Shown here one piece after another: positions 39,301 to 52,689 of a stretch of DNA of 64,000 nt. Made by a program: the position numbers and the translations under genes. The notes under the pieces were generated by a model. That model saw only the letters and a list, made by a program, of their open reading frames with translations. It did not search any database and was not told the origin of the DNA. This DNA is from Selaginella moellendorffii. Its lineage: Eukaryota > Plantae > Lycopodiophyta. The stretch's first letter is position 1. Each line of letters begins with the position of its first letter. Location: positions 751,771-815,770 of the forward strand of contig NW_003314337.1 of the NCBI RefSeq assembly GCF_000143415.4, written 5' to 3'.

Positions 39301-42300
39301 TGTTGATCACTTTTCTGAAAACCATTCCGTTTTTGTAAGCCAGTACAAACTAGTGAAAGGGTGGAGTTGACTTAGGTTAGCTTAGACCTTAGTAGGTAGT
39401 TTGCATCATGCGACCCGAAAGGGATGCTGACTTTTGGGGCTAAGGCAATTGAGTTGGATAGAGTTTGGAGTTGATGTAGAAAAGTGGCCGTCACACTTTT
39501 CTAAGAAAAATGACCCTTGTGCCTTTCTTCTGTAGCGTTGTGCTTGGTGGCAGGTTGCACCCTGCATTTCGTTAAACTCTATGAGAGTAGTGAGCTCTCA
39601 CTAATCTTGACTTGGTCTTGGTAGCCTGCGCCTAGGCTGAGGATGGTGATGTCCAACTTAGTTGTTTGTGGTTGAGATGTTGGTACCTGTACTATAGCTT
39701 TGTCTATGAGGAGGTTGTGTACCGATATAAGTCCATCTCATGGTCTTCACTTTAGTTTCGACTAAGTGTTGATCATGCATAGCTAGCCTCTTCAAGGCAT
39801 GCTCAGAGCTAGTGGCTAAATGCATTAGTGAGCTTATTGCGATTGAGTTGGATTCGAGTGGTCATTTAGTTTGTGCTTGTCTATGAACTTTTATCTCATA
39901 CCTGGGGTATTATGTTCATGTTGGACAAGTATGTGACTCGATGACATGAGTTGGTGTTCGGGTCTTGTGAAGGCAAGTTGAAGGGTGATTGTTAGTTGCT
40001 TTGCGACTAGTGATTACTTATAGACTTTGTCAAAAGACTATTGATACTTGCTTCGCTCGATGATGATTTAGCAGTGATGGGCTTGCTTTACCGGATGGTA
40101 TTGCGGAGGATCGTGTTGTTAGACTTACATGGGTTTTTCATGTTAGCATGTCGATTTTACCTTTGTCGATATCATTTGGTTGCGTTTAAGTTCGTAGTGT
40201 TAGATTTCATTGAATCTTGGACGTGGTGAATCACTCCTTGATGAAGTGTTGTCTGTAGCTGAGTAATGTTGAAGGTTTAGTCTCGGATACTAAGTAAAGT
40301 ATCTTCGACTTTGGTTAGCTTAGTTGCTAAAGAGTTTTGAGTGGTGATTCACTCGTGCTTTCTTTTAGCTTTGTTATGGTGTTGATGACATTGAAGTGCT
40401 GCCTTGTCGTTGACAATATTGATGTTGAGATTCAAGTGAAATGAGATGTCTCTCTCTCGATTGATATTGAGTTTCATTAGTCTTGATAGAGATAGTGTTG
40501 ATGATTTGGTTATAGCTTTGTGTTATTAGCATTCGTGCATTTGCTAGTTAGCAACTATGTTGATGTTCAAATGAACTGAGTGGCAAGTTTGAGTTAGTTG
40601 TGTTCTAGACGAGATTATTTAGTAGGGGTTAAGCTTTGGCTTTTCCTTGAAAAGTGATTCAGTCGTGGACTATGCTAACTCTACAAGCGGAAGAGTTAGT
40701 GATCGATATTGGAAAGTTTGAATCCTTATTGGATTTGAGTTGGAATATATCAATCATTGATGAGTCTTCTTGTGCTTGTTATGCAGTGAGTTACGTCTTG
40801 CTATAGATGGATTCATGGAGGATCGTTTAGTGATCACTGTCGAGCATAGCTTCGTTATGCTTAGCTTTTGGATTAACTTCATTAGCTTTGCATTATGAAA
40901 TTTAGCTTATGGATGTGTTGAAGAGAATATTGTGGGTTGTACCATGATTTCTTCTTTGGCATTGAAATTAATTTATGCAAGACTTGTGATCATTGCTAGG
41001 CACGACTTGGCTATAGGCTTCTTCGAGCTTTTGGTTCTTTGAGTTTTATGCTCATTGTTCCATTTGTTAGGAGCCGTTGGGGAAGGCATTTTGGCTCATT
41101 AGTTTCGATGTTGAAGTTAGCTTTGCATCTGGCAATCATTGGTGCTAAATTGACTATCATCTAGGATAGTTAATTATCCTTGTCAAAAGGTTTTGCTTGA
41201 TTATTGTTGGTGTAGGATGATTTGCCGTTCTTCGGGATGGTAGATTGTTTCTTCCATAATAATTATGCATCTCTTTATTGGTGGGATGATTGATGATCTT
41301 TTATGATGGTTAGTTATTCTCTTTGATGGCTTTTGGCTTTTTGCAATACCACATGTTCCTTGTGGTTTGCTCTGGATTGGTCTGTTGGGTTTGAGACATC
41401 AAAAGGGATGTTGCTAACACTTGCTTAGGCAACTTGAGTTCCTTGGTGTTGTTGGCTGGGGTCTATTCGGATTGGCTAGTGTGATAGTTGGCATGAATGG
41501 GTGTTTGTTGGTCTTACCGCATTCATTCTGTTCTGTTGATTATTGCTCGAGTTAGTTCTGATAGGTTGGGATGTTATTTCCTTCGGGTGATACATTCGCG
41601 AGCATTGTGCTTGTCAGTCAATGATACTTTGTGTTCGTTGAGTTATCTCTAGTAAGTTGTTAGCTTACTGTCTACTATCTTCGGTAGTTAAGTTTCAGCA
41701 TTGAGTTTACTTGATGGTATACTTGCTATTGAATTTTGTTGGATGGTAAATCCTGTGTTTACCAATTTTGATGATCTTGGTGGTTCCTATACTATACTAC
41801 TAGTTTATCGGATGATACCTTACTTGGAATACTTTTGTGTTCTAATCTAAGATATATTCATTGATAATTAAGACTCTAAGATATCATTGTCTCTGACTTT
41901 GATATTGTCCATCTATTGATCTTTGAGTTTGGGCCAGTAAAGGGCAGACTGGCTTCGGCACTTCGTGTGCATGTTGAAATCTCTAGTCATGGGGTAGCTA
42001 CTGTCGACTGGTCACATAACCCGCCTCTTTGTCGATGTTCCTTATTCTGTTAAAAGGGCGTGACCGTGTAAACAACTCTAACTGCCTGTTTACAATAGTC
42101 TATCTAAACCTTACCGACGGGTTTGGTTTCTTTGCTCAGGAGGGTTGGGGCCTCTGGCTTCTCTCTCTATGTCCCTGCGGGCAGGGGCATATCACACTTT
42201 TGTAAGCTGGGTGACTCCCAGAGCAGCAAGGGTGGCTGACTCCGTTGGTCATTTCCTTGTCGGCGACAGCCGGACGGTGTCTGAGCTGGTAGCGCATTTG

Positions 42301-43586
42301 CGTTAGACAAAGAGGTTGCCCCCTAACTCATTTAAGTTGGTGCATTTCTCATATAGTGTGAGTACCGTGAACTTTTTCTGGAGTTGTTTCCTTGGCGGTA
42401 TTCTAGACTCGAGTATGCATCGACGAGGACGTCGATCTTCCCTAGGGGGGGAGAGTGTCGCGAATGTGACTTTCTGTATCGAAAGTTACCTGTCGGCTAG
42501 TCCTTTCGGATACTCTTACCTTACTGCCATGATGGCAGGAGGTCGGTATTGCTGGACCCGTTATCAGTCTCCGCCTAAGCTAGTTGAGAAACTGGTCCTC
42601 GCGTGTGCACTTGACCAGATGAGCATAAGGACGGAATTCCTACGTGCTATTTGTCAAGCATACTTGACCTGGTTAGAGAAACTCATTCGTTGACTTGCAC
42701 TTGCTAGTGTTGGGAACCCCCACGATATTGAGCTTGGTCCCTCAATATCGCTAGATGATAGCTTACCGTGTCTGCCAAACACCCTCGCTATCATACCCTT
42801 TGTGTTAGTCTCATTCCGGTCCTAGATGCTATTTATGGAAAGTGTCCAGATTTGCTCATTTGGCATATCTACGGAATGTAGAGATCGGTCTGAACACAAT
42901 GGTGTTCGTCCTGTGTCCAAATTCGCATTCTAGCGCCATTCCATATTTAGTAAGTTTCGAGCTTGTCCCAGAGACTAACTCCTGGTACTAAGGGTAGGCT
43001 TGGGTGAAAGCCCAAAGCGTGTGTTCCTCAAGGGGGGGGGGGCTATGGGGGGTTCCAAATGTATAGTAGGGATAGTGGGTAGGTCGGGCATGGCCGACCA
43101 ACCTGAGGCATAGTTTAGCTCCCGCTTGCGTGCCTGTCCTTGTTCTGCGTCCGGCTTGGGTCTAAGCCCAAGCTCCATTCCATGCTAGTTGGTGGAGTAC
43201 CCATGTCCTCGCGTTAGGCCACCGGTATGCCGAAATAGCACCAGACTCCGTTTGGCTCCGTTTTGCGTGCTAGTCCTGGCATTGGGATGCTAGTTACTCT
43301 AGGACTGTTCCAAGTCGCTCCGGGCCCCTGTCCCTTCGCTTCTTGGGCTTTATGCTCGGGAGTTGCTCCGTGGTTCAGTTCCATCACTCCTTGGCTCCAT
43401 GCTTGGGAGTTTGGCACCGTTCCTTCGTTCAGTGGCCCAAGGCCCTGAACCTCGGGTTCCTATGGACACGTGGCATGTGACACGTGGCATCTGTCACGTG
43501 GCACAAAGAGGGTTTAGGTTCCGCTTCGTGGTGTTATCCCATGGTAAATCACCATAGGATAAAGGGTCAAAACCACATGCGCTACA
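36350..43586 (+). mobile_element. Complete non-autonomous LTR element A (7237 bp)
   Basis: Highly similar LTRs 36350-37471 and 42456-43586, TSD ACTAC (36345, 43587), PBS TGGTATCAGAG at 37474, PPT AGGGGGGGAGAG at 42444-42455; ~5-kb interior has no credible protein-coding ORF. Confidence 0.95.
43467..43502 (+). promoter_or_regulatory. Three G-box/ABRE motifs (CACGTGGC) at 14-bp spacing in LTR A
   Basis: CACGTGGC at 43467, 43481 and 43495; CpG-decayed variants in the other A LTRs. Confidence 0.55.
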
Positions 43587-46500
43587 ACTACCTAAGACTT
43601 TTTATTGGGATAAAGAAGTTAAATATACCCTTATGAAGGATAAATTATGCGATATAGTAAGTCAATGTCATAAAGGGAATGTTCATTGTCAAAGATGCCA
43701 TCATTAGGACACCCAAGCACTCTAGAACACCAAGAGGTGGTGTTTGGTGTCAGGAGGGCAATGGATAAAGCCCAAGGGACAAAGTCCTTAGCGAATGATG
43801 GATAGGAGGTGCTATCTAAATATCCAAGATTGTGGAGATGGGAGAAGTCCATCTACTTGAATTGAATAATGCTAAAGAGGGATTTTGGCAAAGTTAAAGA
43901 TGGGCATATAAAGGCCCATAAATAGCAATGTTAATCCCAGTGTCTGGGATTACAAGGTGAGCATACCCGAATTGAAGAACCACTCCCTAAACTGTCAGGT
44001 AAGTTCATCCCTATAAATACTTGCTAAGGCATAGTAGAAAGTGCAAAACTATCCTCCTAGTCTAGAGGAGAATAACCAAAGGAAACATATAAGGCTAAAA
44101 AGCAAGTAGTAAAAGGATATAACTAAACCATAGGAATCAAAGGGCATAACCAAAGGTGGTTATGCAAGATGGAAGTGGAGAATCAAGTGGGTGCTCGAGC
44201 ATGTAGTTACTAACAACCGTGATGTCATAGAGAGTATAAAGCATGGAATTGTCCATGTTAGACCATATAACAATTAGAAAGTTTGCAAAATGAGAGGCTC
44301 TAACAAGCTAAGGGACAGAGTTCTTTCAAGGTTCCCAAAGACAATTTTATGTAGTTTAATACCTAGAAAGCTAAGTGTAAATGGTTCATAGAATGCGCGA
44401 AATCAAAGTGGCACAGCAAAAGCGTGGTTTTGAAGTTTAAGGCAAGGCTATCAAGGTTGGGGAAGTAGTTCCCAAGTGGTCAAAAAGATGGCTTTGAACA
44501 AAAGTTAATGGTTAAGGACTTTCACACTTATGCATGCAACCATGTTACGTTGGTCGGATGACTTACTATGCGAGATTGGCAAGTTAGAGGAATAAATCCC
44601 CTAGTTAAAGGTGCTAACTTCAAAAGGGGTGGCCCATGGGGCCAAACATGGAAGAGTCTATACATGATTACAGACTTGTCAAGTGAGAGGACTTGGTAGT
44701 GCGGAGGAACAAGGTTCCTATGCTATGATTTGTAATGCACTTTAAAGTATAAGTTAGTGCACCAACGTGGGGAGTCATACCAGGCATCCTGGGTGATGCC
44801 ATCCATAGATGTATATATGGAGGTTAGGTTTGAGTCCCAATCCTCTAGTGCTTGGGTTCGAGTCTCAACTCACTAGGGCACGGTGATGGTTTGAAATATG
44901 AGGACACTCATTTTTCGGTGGTCATGGACTCTTAGTAAGGAGATTGGCTTAGGCACACTGCCAAGCAGAGGATGCTCTAGAGTCATAATATATGGTTAGA
45001 TTGCTTAATGTGAAAGCTCGGCATATCTAACTTGAACACTTTAGTGCAAGTGGCACCAAAGATGTGGTGAATGAGATGGAGACACCCAGTCTTAGTTGCT
45101 ATGGACCCTTGGCCGAAAGGGCTGGTTTGGGTGCATCACTGAGTGTGGGGGATGCCCCCAGGGCTATGATGAACAACTTAAAGATTTGGAAGACTAGTAC
45201 CTATTGGCAAATTTGTTAAGTTGCCAAGGTTAGATCACTTATGGCTAAAATGAGGACAAAGTTCTTGTGAGGTTAAAGAATAAAGTTTCTAGTTCAAACT
45301 GTTGATTTGAACTATTGAGGATGGTGTGGCTTGGTCAAAGTGACCAAGTGGGAAGAACACCTAAGGGAAATGAATGGTGATAATGCGATGGCATAGTGAG
45401 TCCAAACAAAGTAGTCTTTATAAAAAACCCATGGGAGGGTCACAAAGTTGGGCCGTAGATAGAGCCCACAGCAGAAAATGCTAAAGAGACATACTAGGGG
45501 TAAACACCCTTTGGACTTGGCAAAACAAAGTCTTTGTTATAGAACCGAAAGAATACCTCGAGAATAGAGGTAGTGATTCTATGTTACTTGGCACAACAAT
45601 CAATAGATAGGAGCAAAGACTAGTGGCCAAGTTTGGGCCATGAAATTCATTAGGAAAAATCCAAATGGAAAAGTTAGACAAGAAACACTCATAAGTTTGG
45701 TACTAACAAATTGTGGAAAAGGAAATATATTTCTAAGGATGGATTTCTAAATGCTCAAATTTGGTGAAGTGAATGCTCTAAGGTAGGGAGTGGCAAAGTA
45801 GCCAAATTATGGGGCCGTAAATAGTCTTAGCATGAATTATGGAAAAATGGAACATAGTGCCTAGAGTGGCATGAAATAGGAAAGAGGGTGATGAAGGCCC
45901 TCAAGTAAAGAACTTCCTAGGATGGGAAAGTGGAGTTTGCATAATATGTGCAATACAAGGTGTTGAAAACACCCAGGAAATTGACTTTGAGAAGTCAAAA
46001 TTAAGAATTCCAAAGTGTAGAGGTTATACTGATAAAAATTGAGACTATTTGAGAATGAATAGTGGGATTGAGATAGAGAAGGTGTCTTTAAAGGGTTTAG
46101 TGAGAACTAAATCAATAAAAGGAGAGAACTACCACAAATGGTTGAATGAGTCTCTAAATTGGAGAGATTATACTCTTTAAAAGATGGACAAGGCATGGTG
46201 AGCCTTCGGTGTTAAACTATTGATGAATATTGGTTAGGTGCCAAAGATGGAAAGGGTAATACATGCTAGTATTACTTTATAAAATGGTTTATCGTTCGAT
46301 GAGGACATCAAACTTCATCTATGGGTGGTGGAGTTGTGAGACATAAATCCCTATGCCCCAAAGTGGAGCTGAAAGGATGCCACATGGTAGTGGCCAAAGT
46401 GAAAGCTAAATGAGCGTAACACGTTTGGGGTAAAAGCTCTGACTTGAAAAGTCAAGAGCGGGAGTGGAACTCCCAACGAAGTGCTCAAGGAACAAGCACG

Positions 46501-47852
46501 AAGTGAGCAATAAGTGAGTCTCTAAAAATGGGACACAAGAGGAGTCCGAGATGGACCGAGACAAAGTCTGAGATGGAGTCCGAGATGGACTCGAGATGGA
46601 GTCCGAGATGGAGTGCAAGATGGACCCCAGATGGAGTCTAAGATGGAGTCCGAGATGGACCGAGATGGAGTCCAAGATGGAGTTCGAGATGGACCGAGAT
46701 GGAGTCCAAAATGGACCTGAGATAGAGTCCGAGATGGAGTTCGAGATGGACCGAGATGGAGTCTGAGATGGACCTGAGATAGAGTCCGAGATGGAGTTCG
46801 AGATGGACCGAGATGGAGTCTGAGATGGACCTGAGATGGAGTCCGAGATGGACTGAGATGGAGTCCAAAATGGACTTGAGATGGAGTTTGAGATGGAGTT
46901 TGAGATGGACCGAGATGGAGTCCGAGATGGACCCGAGATGAAGTCCGAGATGAACCCAAGATGGAGTCTGAGATGGACTTGAGATGGAACCCGAGATGGA
47001 GTCCGAGAAGGACCCAAGATGGAGTCTAAGGTCGAGACCGAGACCGAGACCAGGACCGAGACCGGGACTGGGACCGAGACCAAGACCGAGATCAGACCGA
47101 GACCAAGACTGAGGCCAAGGCTGAGACCGAGGCTGAGTCCAAGTCTGAGTTCGAATCCGAGTCTGAGTCCGAGTCCGAGGGTAAAAGCCTAATGCATTTG
47201 TCTCCCAGACCCTAGGGGATTTGGTGAGCTCCAAAAGTATAGTAGGGGGAGGACTCCAATGGAGCCAGCTTGGCCAGGAAAGGCCAAGTTTGCCAGGATA
47301 GGCCAGTTTGGCCTAGGAGGGCTGTGCCCAGGTGTTGGGTGATGGGATAACCACTGGGAAGTCCAAACTAGAGTGAATACAAATTGACAAGTGGGGTAGC
47401 TTAGTGAAGTGTTTAAGAGCCGGCTCTAGTTCCCTCAGGAGATCGAATGGCCAATGCTCCCAGTCCAAGTGTGGGTCGCACTACCTACTTGGATACCTGG
47501 CGTGGCTCAACGGAACCTTGCTCTAAGCCCATGGCTAGAGCACCAAAAGGCAGAAGGTGGGGAGAGTACCCATGAGGCTTGCGTAAGGCTACGGTGTTCT
47601 GAAATATTGTCCCAAAGTCCCAAACTGTGAAAAGGAAGAGGAACAATCCTCTAGTGCAGTGATTAAGGATATGGTCGCATGATAAGGAGGTCCCAAAGGA
47701 TAGTGGGAATTAGAGGTTGGGCTTGTGGGCCTTGTTATAGTGGTAGTGTTGGTGAACACAGCCATGGACAAAAAGGGACTTGGTGGGGACTGGAAAAGGG
47801 ATATTGGGGAAGGCTGTTCCCCATGTCTGTAGACATCCTAAGGATGCTAAGG

Positions 47853-49206
47853 TGTCATGAATGTGACTTTGGGTATCAAAAGTTACCTGTCGGCTAGTCC
47901 TTACGGACACTCTTACCTTACTACCACAATGGCAGGAGGTCGGTATTGCTGGACCCGTTATCAGTCTCCGCCTAAGCTAGTTGAAAAACTGGTCATCACA
48001 TTTGCACTTAGACCGGAAGGGCACTAAGTAAGGAAATCCTAAGTTGTCATTTCATCAAGCAGACTTGACACGGTGATGAGAAACTCATGATGTTGGCTTG
48101 CACTTGCTAGTGTTGGGAACCCCCGTGATATTGAGCTTGGTCCCTCAATATCGCTAGATGATAGTTTACCGTGTCTGCCACACATCCTCACTATCATACC
48201 CTTTGTGTTAGTCTCATTTCGGTCCCAAATGCTATTTATGGAAAGTGTCCAGATTTGCTCATTTGGCATATCTACGGAATGTAGAGATTATCCTGAACAC
48301 AATGGTGTCCGTCCTGTGTCCAAATTTGCAATCTAGGGACATTTTATATTTAGTAAGTTTCAAGCTTGTCCCAGACACTAACTCCTGGTACTAAGGGAGG
48401 CTTGGGGTGAAAGCCCAAAGCGTGTGTTCCTCAAAAAAGGGGGGGGGGGCTGCAGGGGGTTCCAAATATATAATAGGGAGATAGTGGGTAGGTCGGGTAT
48501 GGCCGACCAACCTGAGGCATAGTCTAGCTCCGCTTGCGTGCCTGTCCTTGTTTTGCATCCGGCTTGGGTCTAAGCCCAAGTGCCATTCCATGCTAGCTGG
48601 TGGAGTACCCATGTCCTCGCGTAAGGCCACCGGTATGCCGAAATAGCGCCAGACTGCATTTGGCTCTGTTTTGCGTGCTGGTCCTGGCATTGGGATGCTG
48701 GTTACTCTAGGACTGTTCCAAGTCCCTCCGGGCTCCTGTTCCTTCGCTCCTTGGGCTGTATGCTCGGGAGTTGCTCCATGAACCGGTTCCATCACTCCTT
48801 GGCTCCACGCTTGGGAGTTTGGCACCGTTCCTTCGTTCAGTGGCCCAAGGCCCTGAACCTCGGGTTTCTATGGACACGTGGCATGTGACACGTGGCATCT
48901 GTCACATGGCACAAAGAGGGTTTAGGTTCCGCTTCGTGGTGTTATCCTATGGTAAATCACCATAGGATAAAGGGTAAAAACCACGTGCGCTACATTTGGT
49001 ATCAGAGGATGAGTCTCAGCGAGTACTATTCAATGAGATTGGGCAACTAGTCTCGTTGCATACGCAGAGATGAAAGAGATGAAAATGATGATCTGAGTGG
49101 GTACACATTTGGGTGCAAAGGCTTCGCAATCGTTCCTTGGGTATGGATTTGGTTACCTTGTTGTACCATATTTTGTGAGCTTGAGCTTGGGCTCACAAGA
49201 GGGATT
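47853..49206 (+). mobile_element. Second family A element (A'): 5' LTR 47853-48994, PBS and start of interior, inserted in the B 3' LTR
   Basis: TGTCATGAATGTGAC...GCTACA then TTTGGTATCAGAG. Confidence 0.9.
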
Positions 49207-52200
49207 TGTGAGACACAAAATCCCTAGGCCCCAAAGTGGAGCTGGAAGGGTGCCATGTGGTGGTGGCCGAAGCAAAAACCAAACGAGCGTAACACGTTTG
49301 GACTAAAAGCTCCGACTTGAAAGGTTGAGAGCGGGAGTGGAACTCCCAACAAAGTGCTCGAGGAACGAGCACGAAGCGAGCAATAAGCGAGGCTCCAAAA
49401 AGGGACCCAAAAGGACCAACACATGACATGTGGAAGTGTTCGAGATGGACCCGAGTTGGAGTCCGAAGTGGAGTCCGAGAAGGACCCCGAGATGGAGTCC
49501 GAGGTGGAGTCCGAGATGGACCTGAGATGGAGTCCGAGATGGACCCAAGATGGACACGAGATGGGGTCCGAGATGGAGTCCGAGGTGGAGTCCGAGGTGG
49601 ACCCGAGATGGACCCAAAATGGAGTCCGAGATGGAGTCCGAGATGGACCCGAGATGGAGTCCGAGATGGACCCGAGATGGACCCAAAATGGAGTCCGAGA
49701 TGGAGTCCGAGATGGACCTGAAATGGAGTCCGAGATGGACCCGAGATGGAGTCCGAGATGGAGTCCGAGATGGACCCGAGATGGAGTCCGAAGTCGAGAC
49801 CAAGACCGAGACCGAGACCGGGACAGAGACCGGGACCGAGACCGAGACCGAGATCGGGACCGAGACCGAGACCAAGGCTGAGGCCGAGACCGAGCCCGAG
49901 TTCGAGTCCGAGTCCGAGTCCGAGTCCGAGTCCGAGTGCGAGTCCGAGTGCGAGTTCGAGTCTAAGAGGGTGAAAGCCCAAAGCGTTTGTCTCCCAGACC
50001 CCGGGGGGTTTGGTGAGCTCCAACAGTATAGTAAGGGGGAGGACTGCAGTGGAGCCAGTTTGGCCAGGAAAGGCCAGTTTGGCCCAGGAAGGCCAGACCC
50101 AGTGTTGGGTGAGGAGCTGCCCACTGGGAAGTCCAAGACTAGAGTGAACAAAAGCCGACAAGCGGGGTAGCTTGGTGAAGTGTTCAAGAGCCAGCTCTAG
50201 TTCCCCCAGGAGATCAACTGGCCGATGCTCCCAGTCCAAGTGTGGGTGGCACTACCTACTTGGATACCTAGTGTGGCTCAATGGAACCTCGCTCTAAGCC
50301 CATGGCTAGAGCACCCAAATGCAGAAGGCGAGGAGAGTACCCATGAGGCCCGCGTAGGGCCACGGTGTTCCGAAATGTTGTCCCAAAGTCCCAGACTGTG
50401 GAAAGGAAGAGGAGTAGCCCTCTAATGTGGTGACAAGGGACACAGTCACACAGTGAGGAAGTCCTAGAGGACAGTTGGACTTGGTGGTCGGGCCTGTGGG
50501 CCTTGATCCAGTGGCAGTGTTGGTGAACATGGCCATGGACAGGAAGGGACTTGGTGGGGACTGGAAAGGAGATATTGGGGAAGGCTATTCCCCATGTCTG
50601 CAGGCATCCTAAGGATGCTAAGGAGTGGATCTGGGATGATCACTCATGGATGGATGGCCTAGTCTATGAGAGACAGGATTGCAATGTGGGTGGTGTTGGA
50701 CCACCGGTATGACCAAGGTGAATAGGTATGGCCTTAGCGTAACGGGCCGATATGTCGGTGATACCTTGGGGTGTTGATCATGGGATCGGACACGGGGAGC
50801 ACTTGGACCAAGTGCTAAGGTTGAGTGGCATGGATGCCATTCTCGGAGCTAGCAAGCCCCAAGTCCTAAGTTGGACTTATGGAGGTTGTGAATGAGACTC
50901 CTCCAAGTGGTCGGAGATGTGGTTAAGTGACTAAAGTAGAATGGAAAAATTAGTCACTTACAACTTGGTATCGGAGCTGTTCCTTAGTCCGACTTTTATT
51001 GGTGCTCAAGTATATCATCACTTGTGTTGGCATCGGAAGGTCCGAGGAGTGGGCCTATCCTTGCGGAGTAGCAGGTCGGGAAGACATGGCTCTCCATTAC
51101 AGTTCATGTGTGAACTTGTAAACAAAGTGGTGGATAGAAAAGGGCCAATAATGGAACGACTTTGGGATCTTGGGAACAGTATAAGGGTTTCCTCAGAGAG
51201 TTGAGGATGTGATCCAAATGAGCGTTTGACACAGCAAACGGGCTAACGTAGTTGTGGTAAACAACTATAGTTGGGATCATGGGGAAGATGTAGACTCCAA
51301 AACAATAAAGGAGTCACAAGATTACCCTTATATGGTTGAGGCTGGTACTCATAAATTTGAGACCGGAATTGTTGACCGTGGGAGGTCAAATACAGAAGAG
51401 GACACCAGTCCTTGAAATGGTAGCCGGGGCTACCTCTAATAAATGCTGGAACAACCCAAGGAGTTGGGGGTGTACTTAAAGATGAGTTGCTATTCTCATC
51501 ACATGGACAAGTAATCCTAAGGGGCAAAGGTTAGCCCCAAGAAAATCATCAAGTGTCAGAGTAACACTTGCAAAGATTATCCTTGTGAGTAGGACATGAA
51601 TACAAGAAGTTGTATTCCAGTGAGTTGGCACCTCTAAGACTAAGACCTCGCAGGTTGTTGGATTAGCAAAGTCCAAAATGCTGAATGACTCAAGCGGAGT
51701 CAGGGAATGGTCCTAAGGGATTGGTTGGAGCATTTGGACTGAGGTGTATGGGGCCCCATGAGGTATGGGGAGGATCATAAGATCCAAGTATAAGAACAGT
51801 GAGTATCTCATTGATGGCAGAATGTGCCATACTAAAGTTGTGGGAAAGATGTTCCCAAAAGAAAGCAACTTTGGCCCAGAGTTGGGTGCAAACACTATGG
51901 TGCGGTGCTAACGGATAGTTAGCATGAGGAACAACTATATTGGTCTTGGCAAAGACCTAGACACTAATAAGTAGTGTCATAACGGTAGGCTCGTGGGGCT
52001 GATGGTGTGGAGACACCAAATGTGCCAAGGTGTGATACCTTGAGGTTATGATGATGGGTTCATAAGAACCCCTTGCCAAGGGAATCCCAACGGAAGCAGG
52101 AATGGCATGGCCTAAGCTGGAAGGCATGCGGTTGGAGTGTGGTGACCTAGATAATGATGGAGGTGTGGAAGCACCAAGCAATGAGTTGTAGGACTTGACA

Positions 52201-52689
52201 ACTATGGGGCAACTAAGCAAGAGGTGCGAGGTAATTGGTTAAATGGGTAGAAGGTAGCTACCCAAGACTTCTTAATGGCATAAGGAAGTTAGATATACCC
52301 TTACAGGGGATAAATTGCTTATGTTGCGATATAGTAAGTCAATGTCGTAAACGGAAATGCTCATTGTCAGGAGGCCATCATTGAGACACCCAAACACTCT
52401 AGAACACCAGGAGGTGGTGTTTCGTGTCGCAAGGGCAATAGATAAGGCCCAAGGGACTAAGTCCCTAGCGAATGATGGATAGAAGGTGCTATCCAAATGT
52501 CCAAGGTTGCGGAGACAAGAGAAGACTGTCTAACCGAATTGGATAAAGCCAAAAATGGAATTTTGGCAAGGCTAGTGATGGGCATGTAAAGGCTCATAAG
52601 CAGCAACGTTAATCCCGATGTGTGGGATTATAAGGTGAGCATGCCCAAGATTGAGGAACCACTCCCTAGGCTATCGGGTAGGTTCATCC
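49207..52689 (+). mobile_element. Family B element (B''): 5' LTR 49207-50962, PBS and interior, inserted in A'
   Basis: TGTGAGACAC...CTTACA, PBS TGGTATCGGAGC; interior colinear with 35114-36349 + 43592-44010. Confidence 0.9.

Larger units (their letters stand above)
33341..47852 (+). mobile_element. Non-autonomous/decayed LTR element B, interrupted by A and A'
   Basis: 5' LTR 33341-35113 (TG...CA) then PBS TGGTATCAGAG; internal 35114-36349 + 43592-46334; PPT TGGGTGGTGGAGT; 3' LTR starts 46335 and is cut at 47852. Confidence 0.88.

Noticed and set aside
49193-50239. Long low-complexity ORFs (348, 294 and 206 aa; similar ones at 8227, 33594, 46406, 52741)
   Set aside because: By-products of stop-poor tandem repeats in LTRs; open in several frames on both strands
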